Origin: an uncultured delta proteobacterium
Lineage (GTDB): Bacteria; Desulfobacterota; RBG-13-43-22
Length of the DNA: 57,447 nt
Direction: 5' to 3'
Assembly: GCA_963802945.1 (NCBI GenBank)
Contig: CAWDKY010000039.1
Coordinates: 1 to 57,447 of the forward strand
The position numbers and the translations under genes were made by a program. Of this stretch, positions 19,879 through 29,373 are shown piece by piece (position 1 is the first letter of the stretch; every line of letters begins with the position of its first letter). The notes beneath the pieces were generated by a model. It did not search any database. It saw only the letters and a program-made list of their open reading frames with translations, and was not told the origin of the DNA.

Positions 19879-20024
19879 AGATTTTAATAACCCCTATTAT
19901 AAATCCCCCTGCTCCTGGATCACTTCCCCTCCAAGGGCTGAGTTTCCAATTTCCCCGGTTAAAATATCAACATATCCGTTAGGATTTGTCAAGTAAAAAT
20001 AGACAGAAAGTGAAGTAAGAAAAT

Positions 20025-20270
20025 TCATTCATAAATCTCCTTGGATATGGCCGAGATTTGTGCCTCAGTTAATTCGGCAAAAATAGGAAGGGAAAGTATT
20101 TCTTTTGAAGCCTCCTCGGCCTGAGGGAAATCATCCTTTTTATAACCCAGGTCCTCATAAGCCTTCTGTAAAGGCCCGGTAATGGGATAGTGGATACCCG
20201 ATTGAATTCCTTTAGCCTGAAGCGGCTTTTGTAACTGATCACGTTTTAATGAGCGAATAGCATGAACTTT
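20025..20270 (-). pseudogene. C-terminal fragment of a DegT/DnrJ/EryC1/StrS sugar aminotransferase
   Basis: Minus strand reads RDQLQKPLQAKGIQSGIHYP...YEDLGYKKDDFPQAEEASKEILSLPIFAELT...stop; no start codon or N-terminal domain. Confidence 0.85.
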
Positions 20271-20284
20271 GAATCATTCGTTCG

Positions 20285-21016
20285 CTATTCCTCAGTCTTA
20301 GGTGAATTCGCAAAAACCCGCGGAGATGGTTGCTCTCGCTTATCATATTCGGCATCCGAGGATCGAATGTAGAGGAGGTGAATGTCTTCCAGGGAAGTTG
20401 GTCGGCCTTGCAAAAATTGGGATCGGGCCAGGATTCCAAGGACTGTCGGAGAGATTAGATGCAGATGGGGTTTGGGAAACAAAGCCATGGATCCGAGTTT
20501 TTCCTTAAAAAGATCCCGGTAAAGTTCAGCCCCATTACCCACCAAGAGAACGGGATCCTTAAATTCCCGAACCAAATTTTGGGGGTTTATATGTCTTGGT
20601 TCTCCAATCATTTTCACAATCCCCTCAGAACTCGATTTGAAAAAAGCACAAAAAACCTCTTTTTTGCGGGCATCAATCAAGGGGCAAATCAAATAAGGAC
20701 AATAGGGAAAAGAAGAGGCCAAGGCTTCCAGGCTTGAAACCCCCATAACCGGTTTCCCGGTGGCCAGGCCCAGGCCTTTTATGGTGGCCATCCCAATGCG
20801 CAGGCCGGTGAAACTTCCCGGACCAATGGATACCGCCCAAAGATCAATATCATTCAAGCCCCAATCGGCCTGTTCCAAAAGAAAAAAAATGGTCTTCCAT
20901 AACTGGTTGGCATGGGTTTTGGCCACCCGAATCTGGGCTTGAGCCCGCAACATCTCCTCTTCCAGGAGGGCAACTCCTCCGGTCTCAGTTGAGGTATCCA
21001 GGGCCAGTATTTTCAG
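20285..21016 (-). CDS. tsaB: tRNA t6A37 biosynthesis protein TsaB (apparent CTG start at 21016)
   Basis: KILALDTS lies upstream of the track ORF; GPGSFTGLRIG, DARKKEV, LYIR. Confidence 0.93.
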   Translation of the reverse strand: MKILALDTSTETGGVALLEEEMLRAQAQIRVAKTHANQLWKTIFFLLEQADWGLNDIDLWAVSIGPGSFTGLRIGMATIKGLGLATGKPVMGVSSLEALASSFPYCPYLICPLIDARKKEVFCAFFKSSSEGIVKMIGEPRHINPQNLVREFKDPVLLVGNGAELYRDLFKEKLGSMALFPKPHLHLISPTVLGILARSQFLQGRPTSLEDIHLLYIRSSDAEYDKREQPSPRVFANSPKTEE

Positions 21017-21167
21017 GTTCTTCTCCTTTTCAATCAGTTAAGATTTTTTAAGTTAGCTGAAATCTGAGGTTCCAAGGGATTGGTATAATGTCCAAGGTGT
21101 AAGGTTTAAGCTTTTCTCTTTGGGTCCTGAACCTTATACCTTGTACCGTATACCTTACACCTATTTC

Positions 21168-22313
21168 TTACTGAATAATGCGGACGATATCATTATAAAA
21201 TACAAATACCATGAGCAGGATTAGGATAAACATTCCCACCTGCTGGGCGATTTCCCGCTTTTTCAGGCTGATGGGTTTGCCGGTGATCCACTCAATCCCG
21301 AAAAAGACCAAATGCCCGCCGTCCAGAATCGGAATGGGAAGGAGATTCAATATCCCCAGATTGATGCTTAACAAGGCGGTAAAAAACAAAAGATTGGTCC
21401 ATCCTTCCTGGGCCTGCTGACCGGCCAGTTGGGCAATGAAAATCGGACCACCCAGGGTCTCCAAGGGCACCTTTCGTTGAATCAATTTCAGCAAACTGAT
21501 CACGGTCATTTTAGTAATTCCCCAGGTTTGGGCTATCCCCCCTTGAAAAGCCTCCAATAAATCCAACTCCTGGGTAAAAAACTTGCCGGAAGGCGTGACC
21601 CCAATCACCGTTTCCTGAACATCTTCCCCGAAAAGATTTTTAACCGTACTGCGAATTGGGGTAATATCGGCTGCATACGACTGCTCCCCTCGGACAAAGA
21701 CCACAGGAATGGGTTTCCCCGGATTGGCTCGAACGATCTCAGGGAGTTCTTTCCAGGTGGTGATAGGCCTCCCGGCCATTCGAATAATCTTATCTCCGGA
21801 TCGGAGTCCGGCATGATAGGCCGGATAATCGGGTTTGACTTCACCGATCTCGCTGGTCAGAATAACCTGGCCGACGAAAAAAAAGCCTAAGAAAAAAACC
21901 ACCAGGGCGAAAAAGAAATTAAATAAAGGGCCGCAAAAGACGATAACCATCCTTTTCCAAACAGCCTTGTCAGAAAAGGAGCGTTCTTTTTCTTCTTCAG
22001 AGACCTCATCATCCAAGCCTTCCCCCACCATTTTTACATATCCTCCCAAAGGCAAGGCGGAGATCCGGTAGTCCGTTTCTCCCACTTTGAGACCGACCAG
22101 GCGAGGCCCCAGGCCGAAAGAAAATCGTTCCACTTTAACGCCGAAAATTTTGGCCGCCCCGAAATGCCCTAGCTCGTGAAAAAAGATCAGCAATCCGAGG
22201 ACGATAATAAAGGGCACCAGTTTAAATAAAATTCCATAAAACCAAGGTTGGGCTTCGGCTGTTGCCAAAAAAAACGTGCTTAAACTTTGTAATTGCAAAA
22301 TGATTGTTTCCAT
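21168..22313 (-). CDS. rseP: RIP metalloprotease RseP
   Basis: HELGH, PLGGYVKM, PDZ domain, NLLPIPILDGGH. Confidence 0.96.
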   Translation of the reverse strand: METIILQLQSLSTFFLATAEAQPWFYGILFKLVPFIIVLGLLIFFHELGHFGAAKIFGVKVERFSFGLGPRLVGLKVGETDYRISALPLGGYVKMVGEGLDDEVSEEEKERSFSDKAVWKRMVIVFCGPLFNFFFALVVFFLGFFFVGQVILTSEIGEVKPDYPAYHAGLRSGDKIIRMAGRPITTWKELPEIVRANPGKPIPVVFVRGEQSYAADITPIRSTVKNLFGEDVQETVIGVTPSGKFFTQELDLLEAFQGGIAQTWGITKMTVISLLKLIQRKVPLETLGGPIFIAQLAGQQAQEGWTNLLFFTALLSINLGILNLLPIPILDGGHLVFFGIEWITGKPISLKKREIAQQVGMFILILLMVFVFYNDIVRIIQ

Positions 22314-22329
22314 GAAGTCTTCCTATTAA

Positions 22330-22485
22330 CAGGTTGCTGAAAAAGGCCCATCTATCCCGCCAACGGCGGGATTGCCCTCATCCCTCCCCGCCTTTCGGCG
22401 GGGCAGGCTATGCGACGTACTTCTATGTACGACTCATTCCTCGGAATTTCGGGCGCCTTGTATCTGAACCTTTTTGAGCAACCTG
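22330..22485. mobile_element. 156-bp MITE-like element
   Basis: 17-bp TIRs caggttgctgaaaaagg / cctttttgagcaacctg (16/17 match), TAA on both sides, internal GC hairpins. Confidence 0.75.
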
Positions 22486-22554
22486 TAAAAATGAGTTATT
22501 CCGCATCCTATTAATGGCTCATTCCTGCCTGAAGCGAGCGCTACCAAGCAAGAA

Positions 22555-22650
22555 AATGTCGAATATCGAATAATGAATATTGAATGTCGAAGTTACATAG
22601 AATCTAATCCATTCATGATTCGAAATTCGATGTTCGAAATTCAATATTCG
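22555..22650. repeat. Inverted heptamer arrays (TCGAATA / TTCGAAA type)
   Basis: tcgaata tcgaata atgaata ttgaatg ... ttcgaaa ttcgatg ttcgaaa ttcaata. Confidence 0.8.
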
Positions 22651-22760
22651 GGTTTTTGAACTAAAACCTCTTACCTTCTCTATGCGGACGCTACGAAACA
22701 TAAAAATTGTTTTCGACGAATCCCGCTATGCGGGACTAACCGACGAACGTTATTTTCGTT

Positions 22761-23927
22761 TCAAATCGGGCCATGTTCAGCAATCCAGGCCCCGGCTTGT
22801 TTTCTGGCCCAGGCATCTACGGCCAGAATTTCTTCCAGGCCGATCGGGGAAAAAGGCTGGTGTTTTCCCATAGTGTCTTCGATAACAGCAGGAATCCCCT
22901 GAAAGGGCAAGCCCCCGGCTAAAAAAGCGGAAACAGCCACCTCATTGGCGGCATTTAATACGGCCGGCATGCTCCCTCCCATCCTTCCACCTTCCAGGGC
23001 CAATCTCAGACAAGGGAATCTATCCAGATCCGGCTGGAAAAAAGTCAAACCGGACAGGCCGATCAAATCCAGGGAGGTCTGGTTCAGGGACAGGCGATTG
23101 GGATAGGCAAGGGCATAAGCTATGGGTATCATCATATCTGGATTTCCCATTTGAGCCAGGATAGAGCCGTCCTGATATTCCACCATGGAATGGACGATAC
23201 TCTGGGGATGGATATAGACCACCACTTGATCCAGGGAAACCCCGAACAACCATTGGGCTTCTATCACTTCCAGACCCTTATTCATCAAGGTGGCTGAATC
23301 AACGGAAACCTTTGGCCCCATCTTCCATTTGGGATGGTTCAAGGCCTCCCGGCCGGTAATCCGCCCCATGGCTTCTTGGGGTAGGTCCCGAAAGGGCCCT
23401 CCTGAAGCAGTCAGGATAATCCGTTTTAAAGCCTCTCTCTGCTGTCCCTGCAAAACTTGAAATATGGCACTGTGCTCGCTGTCGATCGGTAGAATGGTCA
23501 CCCCGTGTTTTCGGGCTTCTTCCATGATCAGGGCCCCGGCCATCACCAAAGGCTCTTTGTTGGCCAAGGCAATGGTCTTCCCGGCTTTAATGGCCGCCAG
23601 GGTAGGCCGTAATCCTATGGCCCCGACCATGGCCGAAATCACCAGGTCCGTTTCCTTCGAGGCGGCCACTTCTTCATGACCTTCGTCTCCCCAAAGGACC
23701 TTCAAAGGGAACCCGGGAAATTCGCCGCCGGTTAGGTCATCAGCCTCTTTCTTGGTAGCCACCGAGACCGATTGAGGTTTAAAATAAAGAATCTGCTCTT
23801 TCAGCAATCGTATGTTTTTCCCGGCCGACAGTCCAATAATTCGAAACTGATCTTCAAACTGCTGCACCAGCTTAAGAACCTGTACCCCTATAGAACCTGT
23901 ACTGCCTAAGACGGATAAATTTTTCAA
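22761..23927 (-). CDS. dxr: 1-deoxy-D-xylulose-5-phosphate reductoisomerase
   Basis: LGSTGSIG, LANKE, PIDSEHSAIFQ, HPKWKMG.K.SVDSATLMNKGLE. Confidence 0.97.
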   Translation of the reverse strand: MKNLSVLGSTGSIGVQVLKLVQQFEDQFRIIGLSAGKNIRLLKEQILYFKPQSVSVATKKEADDLTGGEFPGFPLKVLWGDEGHEEVAASKETDLVISAMVGAIGLRPTLAAIKAGKTIALANKEPLVMAGALIMEEARKHGVTILPIDSEHSAIFQVLQGQQREALKRIILTASGGPFRDLPQEAMGRITGREALNHPKWKMGPKVSVDSATLMNKGLEVIEAQWLFGVSLDQVVVYIHPQSIVHSMVEYQDGSILAQMGNPDMMIPIAYALAYPNRLSLNQTSLDLIGLSGLTFFQPDLDRFPCLRLALEGGRMGGSMPAVLNAANEVAVSAFLAGGLPFQGIPAVIEDTMGKHQPFSPIGLEEILAVDAWARKQAGAWIAEHGPI

Positions 23928-24013
23928 CGCTTCCTCTGTCCTTGATCTCTGGAATCTATTTTCTTTAGTTCGAAAATAAAAACCGAACTAAGCTTTTGAT
24001 TGGTCCGTTTACT

Positions 24014-24090
24014 GTCATGCCGGACTTGATCCGGCATCCAGGACTTTTGAAGATTAAACTAACCTGGATTCCGGCTTTCGCCGGAATGAC
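24014..24090. repeat. CGTC/dRS3-like palindromic REP dimer
   Basis: gtcatgccggacttgatccggcatcca...tggattccggctttcgccggaatgac. Confidence 0.85.
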
Positions 24091-24118
24091 ATTTTATTTC
24101 CTGGTAGGTGTCCACAAT

Positions 24119-24934
24119 CTAAAAAAATTTAATAAAAAAATAAACTATAGGCGCCGGCAGCAACAGGCTGTCCGCGCGGTCCAGAAAACCCCCATGCCCC
24201 GGGAAAAGGGAACCCGAGTCTTTCACCCGTGCGGTCCTTTTAAACATCGATTCTAATAAATCACCCACTTGGCTGACAATACCAATGATCAAGCCTAAGG
24301 CAGCCATCTGAAGCAACGAATATCGAGAGAAAAAAACCTGTTGAAAAACCCAGGCCATTAATAGATTGGCCGCCAATCCCCCCACAGATCCTTCTATGGT
24401 TTTTTGAGGGCTTATCGTGGGGGCCAGTTTGTGCCTGCCCAAACCTCTCCCGACATAATAAGCTCCTATATCCCCGGAATAATTCACGGCCAGTAAGAAA
24501 AAAATCCAGTAAAGTCCTTGGAGATTCATTCGGATCAAAATTAAAAACGGAAAAAAGAGGGGCAGATACCAAAGGGCAAAAACCTGTTTGCCCATCGATT
24601 CATAAAATCGAAACTGCTGCGAGAAGGAGGTTATCCACCGTATAGAACTGAAGATCGATCCTAGGATTAAGGCCATGAAAAGGCCTTCCAATCCTTTGAA
24701 ATAGGCCGCCCAGATGGTCAGCGTTCCTATCAACCAGTAAAACCAGACGTCAAAAACCGCAGGTTTTTCATACATCAGACGCAGGAATTCCCGATTCCCC
24801 AGAGAAAAGCTCGCCCAAACTATAAAGACGAAAAGTACAGGCCCCCCCCAATAGAGGCCGATAAAAAGAATAGGGATAATGAAGAGGGCGGTAAGAACTC
24901 GCTTACCATGATTAGTTGAGGGCATACGACTCAA
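24119..24934 (-). CDS. cdsA: Phosphatidate cytidylyltransferase
   Basis: DIGAYYVG, ISPQKTIEG, GDLLESMFKR...KDSG..FPGHGG.LDR.DS. Confidence 0.95.
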   Translation of the reverse strand: MSRMPSTNHGKRVLTALFIIPILFIGLYWGGPVLFVFIVWASFSLGNREFLRLMYEKPAVFDVWFYWLIGTLTIWAAYFKGLEGLFMALILGSIFSSIRWITSFSQQFRFYESMGKQVFALWYLPLFFPFLILIRMNLQGLYWIFFLLAVNYSGDIGAYYVGRGLGRHKLAPTISPQKTIEGSVGGLAANLLMAWVFQQVFFSRYSLLQMAALGLIIGIVSQVGDLLESMFKRTARVKDSGSLFPGHGGFLDRADSLLLPAPIVYFFIKFF

Positions 24935-24943
24935 AACAGCTCC

Positions 24944-25708
24944 TCAAGAACCTTTCCGGTGAGGCAAAGACCTTTTCCCGCGAATTTGGTCTCCAGTCAA
25001 ACCGAATCGTCTTTCCCTTTTATTGAATTCCTGGATGGCCGACAATAGGTGCTTTTTACGGAAATCAGGCCAAAGGATCGAGGTGACATAAATCTCGGTG
25101 TAGGCCATTTGATAGATCAAGAAATCACTGAGCCGGTACTCCCCGCTGGTTCGAATCAGCAAGTCAGGGTCCGGCAGACCAGAGGTATATAAAAATTGTT
25201 CAAAGGTCCTTTCTGAAATATCGTCCACAGAAAGGGTCTTATCCCGAATCGATTCGGCCATATTTCGAACGGCCCTAATGATTTCCTCTCGGCCGCTGTA
25301 ACTTAAGGCCACATTCAAGATCATCGCCTCGTTCTCCTTGGTCTGTTCGATGGCCTTTTTCAGCTGGGACAAAAGTTTCTCCGGCAACTTCTCAAGGTCC
25401 CCGATCACCCTTAACGCAATTCCGTTTTTTATCAGCTCCCCGATCTCGGATTTCAAATATCGGGAAAGCAACTGCATCAAGGCCTTGACCTCCCATTTGG
25501 GACGATTCCAATTATCCTTCGAAAAGGCATACAGGGTTAAAACCGATACACCTACTTCCCTGCAGGCCCTGACCACTTCCCGAACCGACTCCACACCTTG
25601 TCTGTGCCCGGCAACACGGGGCAGGGATCTCTGCTGAGCCCAACGGCCGTTTCCATCCATAATAATGGCAATATGCCTGGGTATTTTTTCCGGATTAATC
25701 GATTTCAT
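24944..25708 (-). CDS. uppS: Undecaprenyl diphosphate synthase
   Basis: PRHIAIIMDGNGRWA, PDPDLLIRTSGE.RLS, RERRFG. Confidence 0.97.
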   Translation of the reverse strand: MKSINPEKIPRHIAIIMDGNGRWAQQRSLPRVAGHRQGVESVREVVRACREVGVSVLTLYAFSKDNWNRPKWEVKALMQLLSRYLKSEIGELIKNGIALRVIGDLEKLPEKLLSQLKKAIEQTKENEAMILNVALSYSGREEIIRAVRNMAESIRDKTLSVDDISERTFEQFLYTSGLPDPDLLIRTSGEYRLSDFLIYQMAYTEIYVTSILWPDFRKKHLLSAIQEFNKRERRFGLTGDQIRGKRSLPHRKGS

Positions 25709-25778
25709 GATTCATAGGTATGAGGAAAGAGGAATGGTAATCCGCCTTCGGCGAAATGTCGGGCTTTTAACGATGCCT

Positions 25779-26336
25779 TTAAAAGGATAAAATCTCTTTT
25801 TCTTTCTCCTCGCTGATCCGATCCACTTTTTCTATATAGTCGTTGGTGATCTTTTGAACCTCTTCCTGTCCCTTGAAAAATGCGTCTTCGGAAATGGTCT
25901 TGTCTTTTTTCAAGGCTTTGAAAGATTCATTGGATTCCCGGCGGATATTTCGCAAGGTCACTCTGGATTCTTCAGCCATTTTCTTAATGACCTTCACCAA
26001 ATCCCGGCGTCTTTCCTCGGTCAAAGGGGGTATGTTGATGCGAATCATTTTCCCGTCGTTGATCGGGGTGAGTCCCAGTTCGGATTTAAGAACGGCCTTC
26101 TCAATATCACCGATCGCTTTATTATCCCAAGGTTGAATGGTAATCAACCGGCTCTCCGGAACAGCTACGGAAGCCACTTGATTTAAGGGAACCAGACTGC
26201 CGTAATATTGAACTCGAAGCCCGTCCAGAAGGGAAACCGATGCCCGTCCGGTACGGATGCGGCTCTGCTCTTTTTTCAGGGCTTCTATGGCCTTGTCCAT
26301 CTTTTCTCTGGTTTCTTTGTATACCTTCTCCACCAT
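25779..26336 (-). CDS. frr: Ribosome recycling factor
   Basis: IRTGRAS, PPLTEERR. Confidence 0.98.
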   Translation of the reverse strand: MVEKVYKETREKMDKAIEALKKEQSRIRTGRASVSLLDGLRVQYYGSLVPLNQVASVAVPESRLITIQPWDNKAIGDIEKAVLKSELGLTPINDGKMIRINIPPLTEERRRDLVKVIKKMAEESRVTLRNIRRESNESFKALKKDKTISEDAFFKGQEEVQKITNDYIEKVDRISEEKEKEILSF

Positions 26337-26339
26337 GGC

Positions 26340-27062
26340 TTACCCCTTTATCAAGGTCCCAATGCGGGTTCCAAGGATGATCTTTTTTAAATTCCCTTTG
26401 ATTTGGCCGTTAAAAACGATAATCGGGATTTTATTTTCTCTGGCCAAAGAAACGGCTGTAGCATCCATGGCCTGTAGGTGACTCCGCAGATATCGGGCAT
26501 AGCTTATCTCTTGATAGATTCTGGCCTCGGGATTCAATTTGGGATCGGCATCAAACACCCCATCCACCTGGGTAGCCTTTAAGATCACTTCCGTTCCCAG
26601 TTCTGCGGCCCTCAAGGCCGCAGCGGTATCCGTGGTAAAAAAGGGATTACCGGTTCCGGCCGCCAGTAACAGGACCGTTCCCTTTTCCATTGACGCCTTG
26701 GCCGAAGAAGGGACATAGGCCTCGGTCAGGACTGGAACCGGCAAGGCCGATAATACCTGGGCCGAAACTTTTTCGTTTTTCAAGGCCTCCTTGATAGCCA
26801 CGGCATTGAACAGGGTGGCCAGCATCCCCAGATAATCCGCCTGAATCCGATCCATCCCCAGGGTGTTGGCCGCTACTCCTCGAAAAATATTTCCTCCCCC
26901 GACCATTATACCGAGTCGGACCCCCAGTGTTACGATCTCTTTGATTTCCCGGGCCGTCTTTTGAACGACCTGGACATCGATGCCAAATCCTTTGTCTCCG
27001 GCCAGGGCTTCACCGCTGAGTTTCAATAGGATTCTTTTATATTTACTTTTGATTCCGGCCAT
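26340..27062 (-). CDS. pyrH: UMP kinase
   Basis: RILLKLSGEAL, GGGNIFRG, GTGNPFFTTDTAAALRA. Confidence 0.98.
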   Translation of the reverse strand: MAGIKSKYKRILLKLSGEALAGDKGFGIDVQVVQKTAREIKEIVTLGVRLGIMVGGGNIFRGVAANTLGMDRIQADYLGMLATLFNAVAIKEALKNEKVSAQVLSALPVPVLTEAYVPSSAKASMEKGTVLLLAAGTGNPFFTTDTAAALRAAELGTEVILKATQVDGVFDADPKLNPEARIYQEISYARYLRSHLQAMDATAVSLARENKIPIIVFNGQIKGNLKKIILGTRIGTLIKG

Positions 27063-27209
27063 AGATTAGATACCCGCCTCTTTAATCTTAAAAGAACATA
27101 TTTCAACATTTTGCTCTTGGAGTAATGGAGCATTGGAGTAATGAATTTTTTTATCCACCACTCCAGTCTTCCATTACTCCATTATTCCATTCCGCGAAGT
27201 TTATATTTT

Positions 27210-27806
27210 TTATTCTTCCCCCAACTGGTAGCGGGTAAAGCGCCGTATGGTGATACTCTCCCCGATTTGAGCGATCTTTTCATTCAGTAAATCGGCAATG
27301 GAGATATCCGGGTTCTTGACATAAGGCTGTTCCATCAAACAGCATTCCTTCAAATATTTTTCCACTTTACCTTCTACGATCTTCTCCATGACCTTTTCCG
27401 GTTTTCCAGATTCTTTGGCCTGAGCCCAATAGATCTCTTTCTCTTTTTCCAGAAGTTCAGAGGGCATCTCTTCCCTGCGAACACAAACCGGATTGGCCGC
27501 AGCGATATGCATGGCCAGGTTGTGGACCAGCTCTCCAAATTGTTCGGTTCGGCCGACGAAATCGGTTTCGCAGTTGACCTCCACCATGACGCCTATTTTC
27601 CCTCCGGCATGAATATAGGAACCGATCTGCCCTTGGGAAGTGGTCCGTCCGGCCCTTTTCTGGGCGGTGGCCAGGCCTTTTTTACGCAAATAGGCAACGG
27701 CCTTTTCCATATCCCCATCGGCCGCTTTTAAGGCCTCTTTGCAATCCATCATTCCGGCCTGGGTCTTATCCCGGAGGGCCTTGACTAACTCCGATGTAAT
27801 ATTCAA
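27210..27806 (-). CDS. tsf: Elongation factor Ts, short form of about 198 aa (TTG start)
   Basis: SD ggaggt 8 nt before TTG at 27806; VKALRDKTQAGMMDCKEAL, EVNCETDFV. Confidence 0.95.
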   Translation of the reverse strand: MNITSELVKALRDKTQAGMMDCKEALKAADGDMEKAVAYLRKKGLATAQKRAGRTTSQGQIGSYIHAGGKIGVMVEVNCETDFVGRTEQFGELVHNLAMHIAAANPVCVRREEMPSELLEKEKEIYWAQAKESGKPEKVMEKIVEGKVEKYLKECCLMEQPYVKNPDISIADLLNEKIAQIGESITIRRFTRYQLGEE

Positions 27807-28659
27807 CTTTCCATACCTCCTTCGGTTGGCATTTCTTCTAACTTTCGAACGATAATCACTTCCGGACCTCCCGGACTTGCGGGACTTCTGCCCTCTTTCT
27901 CTTGCCAATCGGCCTTTCCGACTATAGTTTCCTCGATTCGGCCTTCCTTGTCCAAATCCGCCTGACCGTCTCTTCTCTTTTGGCCACACCTTCTATGCAG
28001 GCATCAGCTATCTTAGAGGTAATCAAGCGAATGGCCCGAATGGCATCATCATTGCCGGGGATGATATAATCAACCTCATCCGGGTCGCAGTTGGTATCCA
28101 CAACCGATACCAGGGGGATTCCCAATTTCCTGGCCTCCAGGATGGCTATCGCTTCCTTTCGGGGGTCAATGACAAAGACGGCCTTGGGTAGTGTAGTCAT
28201 CTCCTTTATTCCACCCAGATTACGCAGTAGCTTGACGTACTCCCGATCCATGTTGATGATCTCTTTCTTAGGAAATCTTTGGATAGTCCCGTCGGCCTTG
28301 ATCCCTTCCAAATATTTCAAACGTTCGATTCCCAGCCGAATGGTCACAAAATTGGTCATGGTCCCGCCCAGCCAGCGATGATTGACATAAAACATCCCGC
28401 AGCGCTCAGCCTCTTCTTTTATTGCCTCCTGGGCCTGTTTCTTGGTGCCGACAAAGAGAACCGATCCTCCCTGGGCTACGGCATCCACCACAAAATCATA
28501 GGCAGTTTTAAAGAGACTGACAGTTTTTTGCAGGTCAATAATATAAATCCCGTTTCTGGCCCCATAAATATAGGGCTTCATTTTGGGATTCCAACGTTTG
28601 GTTTGGTGGCCGAAATGAACTCCGGCCTCCAATAACTGCTTCATTGAAACATAAGACAT
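27803..28659 (-). CDS. rpsB: 30S ribosomal protein S2 (probable indel near 27965 displaces the acidic tail)
   Basis: [22 protein letters not shown]; acidic tail QADLDKEG...GPEVIIV...MES in the neighbouring frame ends overlapping the tsf start. Confidence 0.95.
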
Positions 28660-28661
28660 AT

Positions 28662-28793
28662 TATCCTCCTTTTGGGTTATTCCGCCGCTTTTTCAATAAG
28701 TTGCCATCGTTTATTCAAGATGCACCCAAAGGTCGAAAAAGCGTGAGAATTTATTAAATATTTTATTATAATTGAAAAGGAGTTATTGGGCAA
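28662..28793 (-). promoter_or_regulatory. rpsB sigma70 promoter and structured S2 (t44-like) leader
   Basis: TTGCCC-17-TATAAT (28793 to 28765); leader tcacgc...tttgggtgc...ataacccaaa with GGGT/ACCC pairing typical of rpsB leaders. Confidence 0.65.
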
Positions 28794-28802
28794 GTAAAAA
28801 CT

Positions 28803-29321
28803 TTATCTTATCGATTTTCTTTCCAAATTCAACAACTTCTCTTTTAACGGCAGCCCGCTGCCATAGCCGACTAATTCTCCCCGGGCTCCTATGACCCGAT
28901 GACAGGGGACCACAATCGGTATTGGATTGTTATGATTGGCCTGACCCACAGCCCGGCTGGCCCTGGGACTTCCAACAGCTTGAGCTATTTCCCCATAACT
29001 ACGTGTTTCTCCATAGGGAATGACCTTCAAGGCCTCCCAGACCTGGAGTTGAAAGGGAGTTCCTTCCATGTCCAAGAGGACCTTAAAAGCAATCTTTTGT
29101 CCGGCCAGGTATTGATCCATTTGGCGGAACAAATCCTTAAAAGGGTCTGGGTTCTGGGTGAGAAAGTTGGGCTGGAAACGAGAAATGACCTTTTCAAAGA
29201 AAGATTCAACCGGATGAGCCGGCAAAGAAAGATGGCATAAACCTTTCTCTGAAGCCGCCACATAAATCCGGCCTAAAAGGGGAAACTCCTTGCTGTCATA
29301 ATAGATGGTTTTTCTTTTCAT
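28803..29321 (-). CDS. ogt: Methylated-DNA--protein-cysteine methyltransferase
   Basis: GTPFQ.QVW, IPYGET.SY, RAVG, VPCHRVI. Confidence 0.95.
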   Translation of the reverse strand: MKRKTIYYDSKEFPLLGRIYVAASEKGLCHLSLPAHPVESFFEKVISRFQPNFLTQNPDPFKDLFRQMDQYLAGQKIAFKVLLDMEGTPFQLQVWEALKVIPYGETRSYGEIAQAVGSPRASRAVGQANHNNPIPIVVPCHRVIGARGELVGYGSGLPLKEKLLNLERKSIR

Positions 29322-29373
29322 TTCATCTCCTTTACCCTGACAATAGGGTCCAAGTAACTTCCCGGCTTAAGGT

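Noticed and set aside
23996-24256. 86-aa ORF containing VMPDLIRHP and WIPAFAGMT
   Set aside because: Translation of the REP palindrome plus antisense of cdsA; spurious
27807-27989. Basic 61-aa N-terminal extension of EF-Ts in the ORF track
   Set aside because: It overlaps the rpsB tail; the SD and conserved start support TTG at 27806
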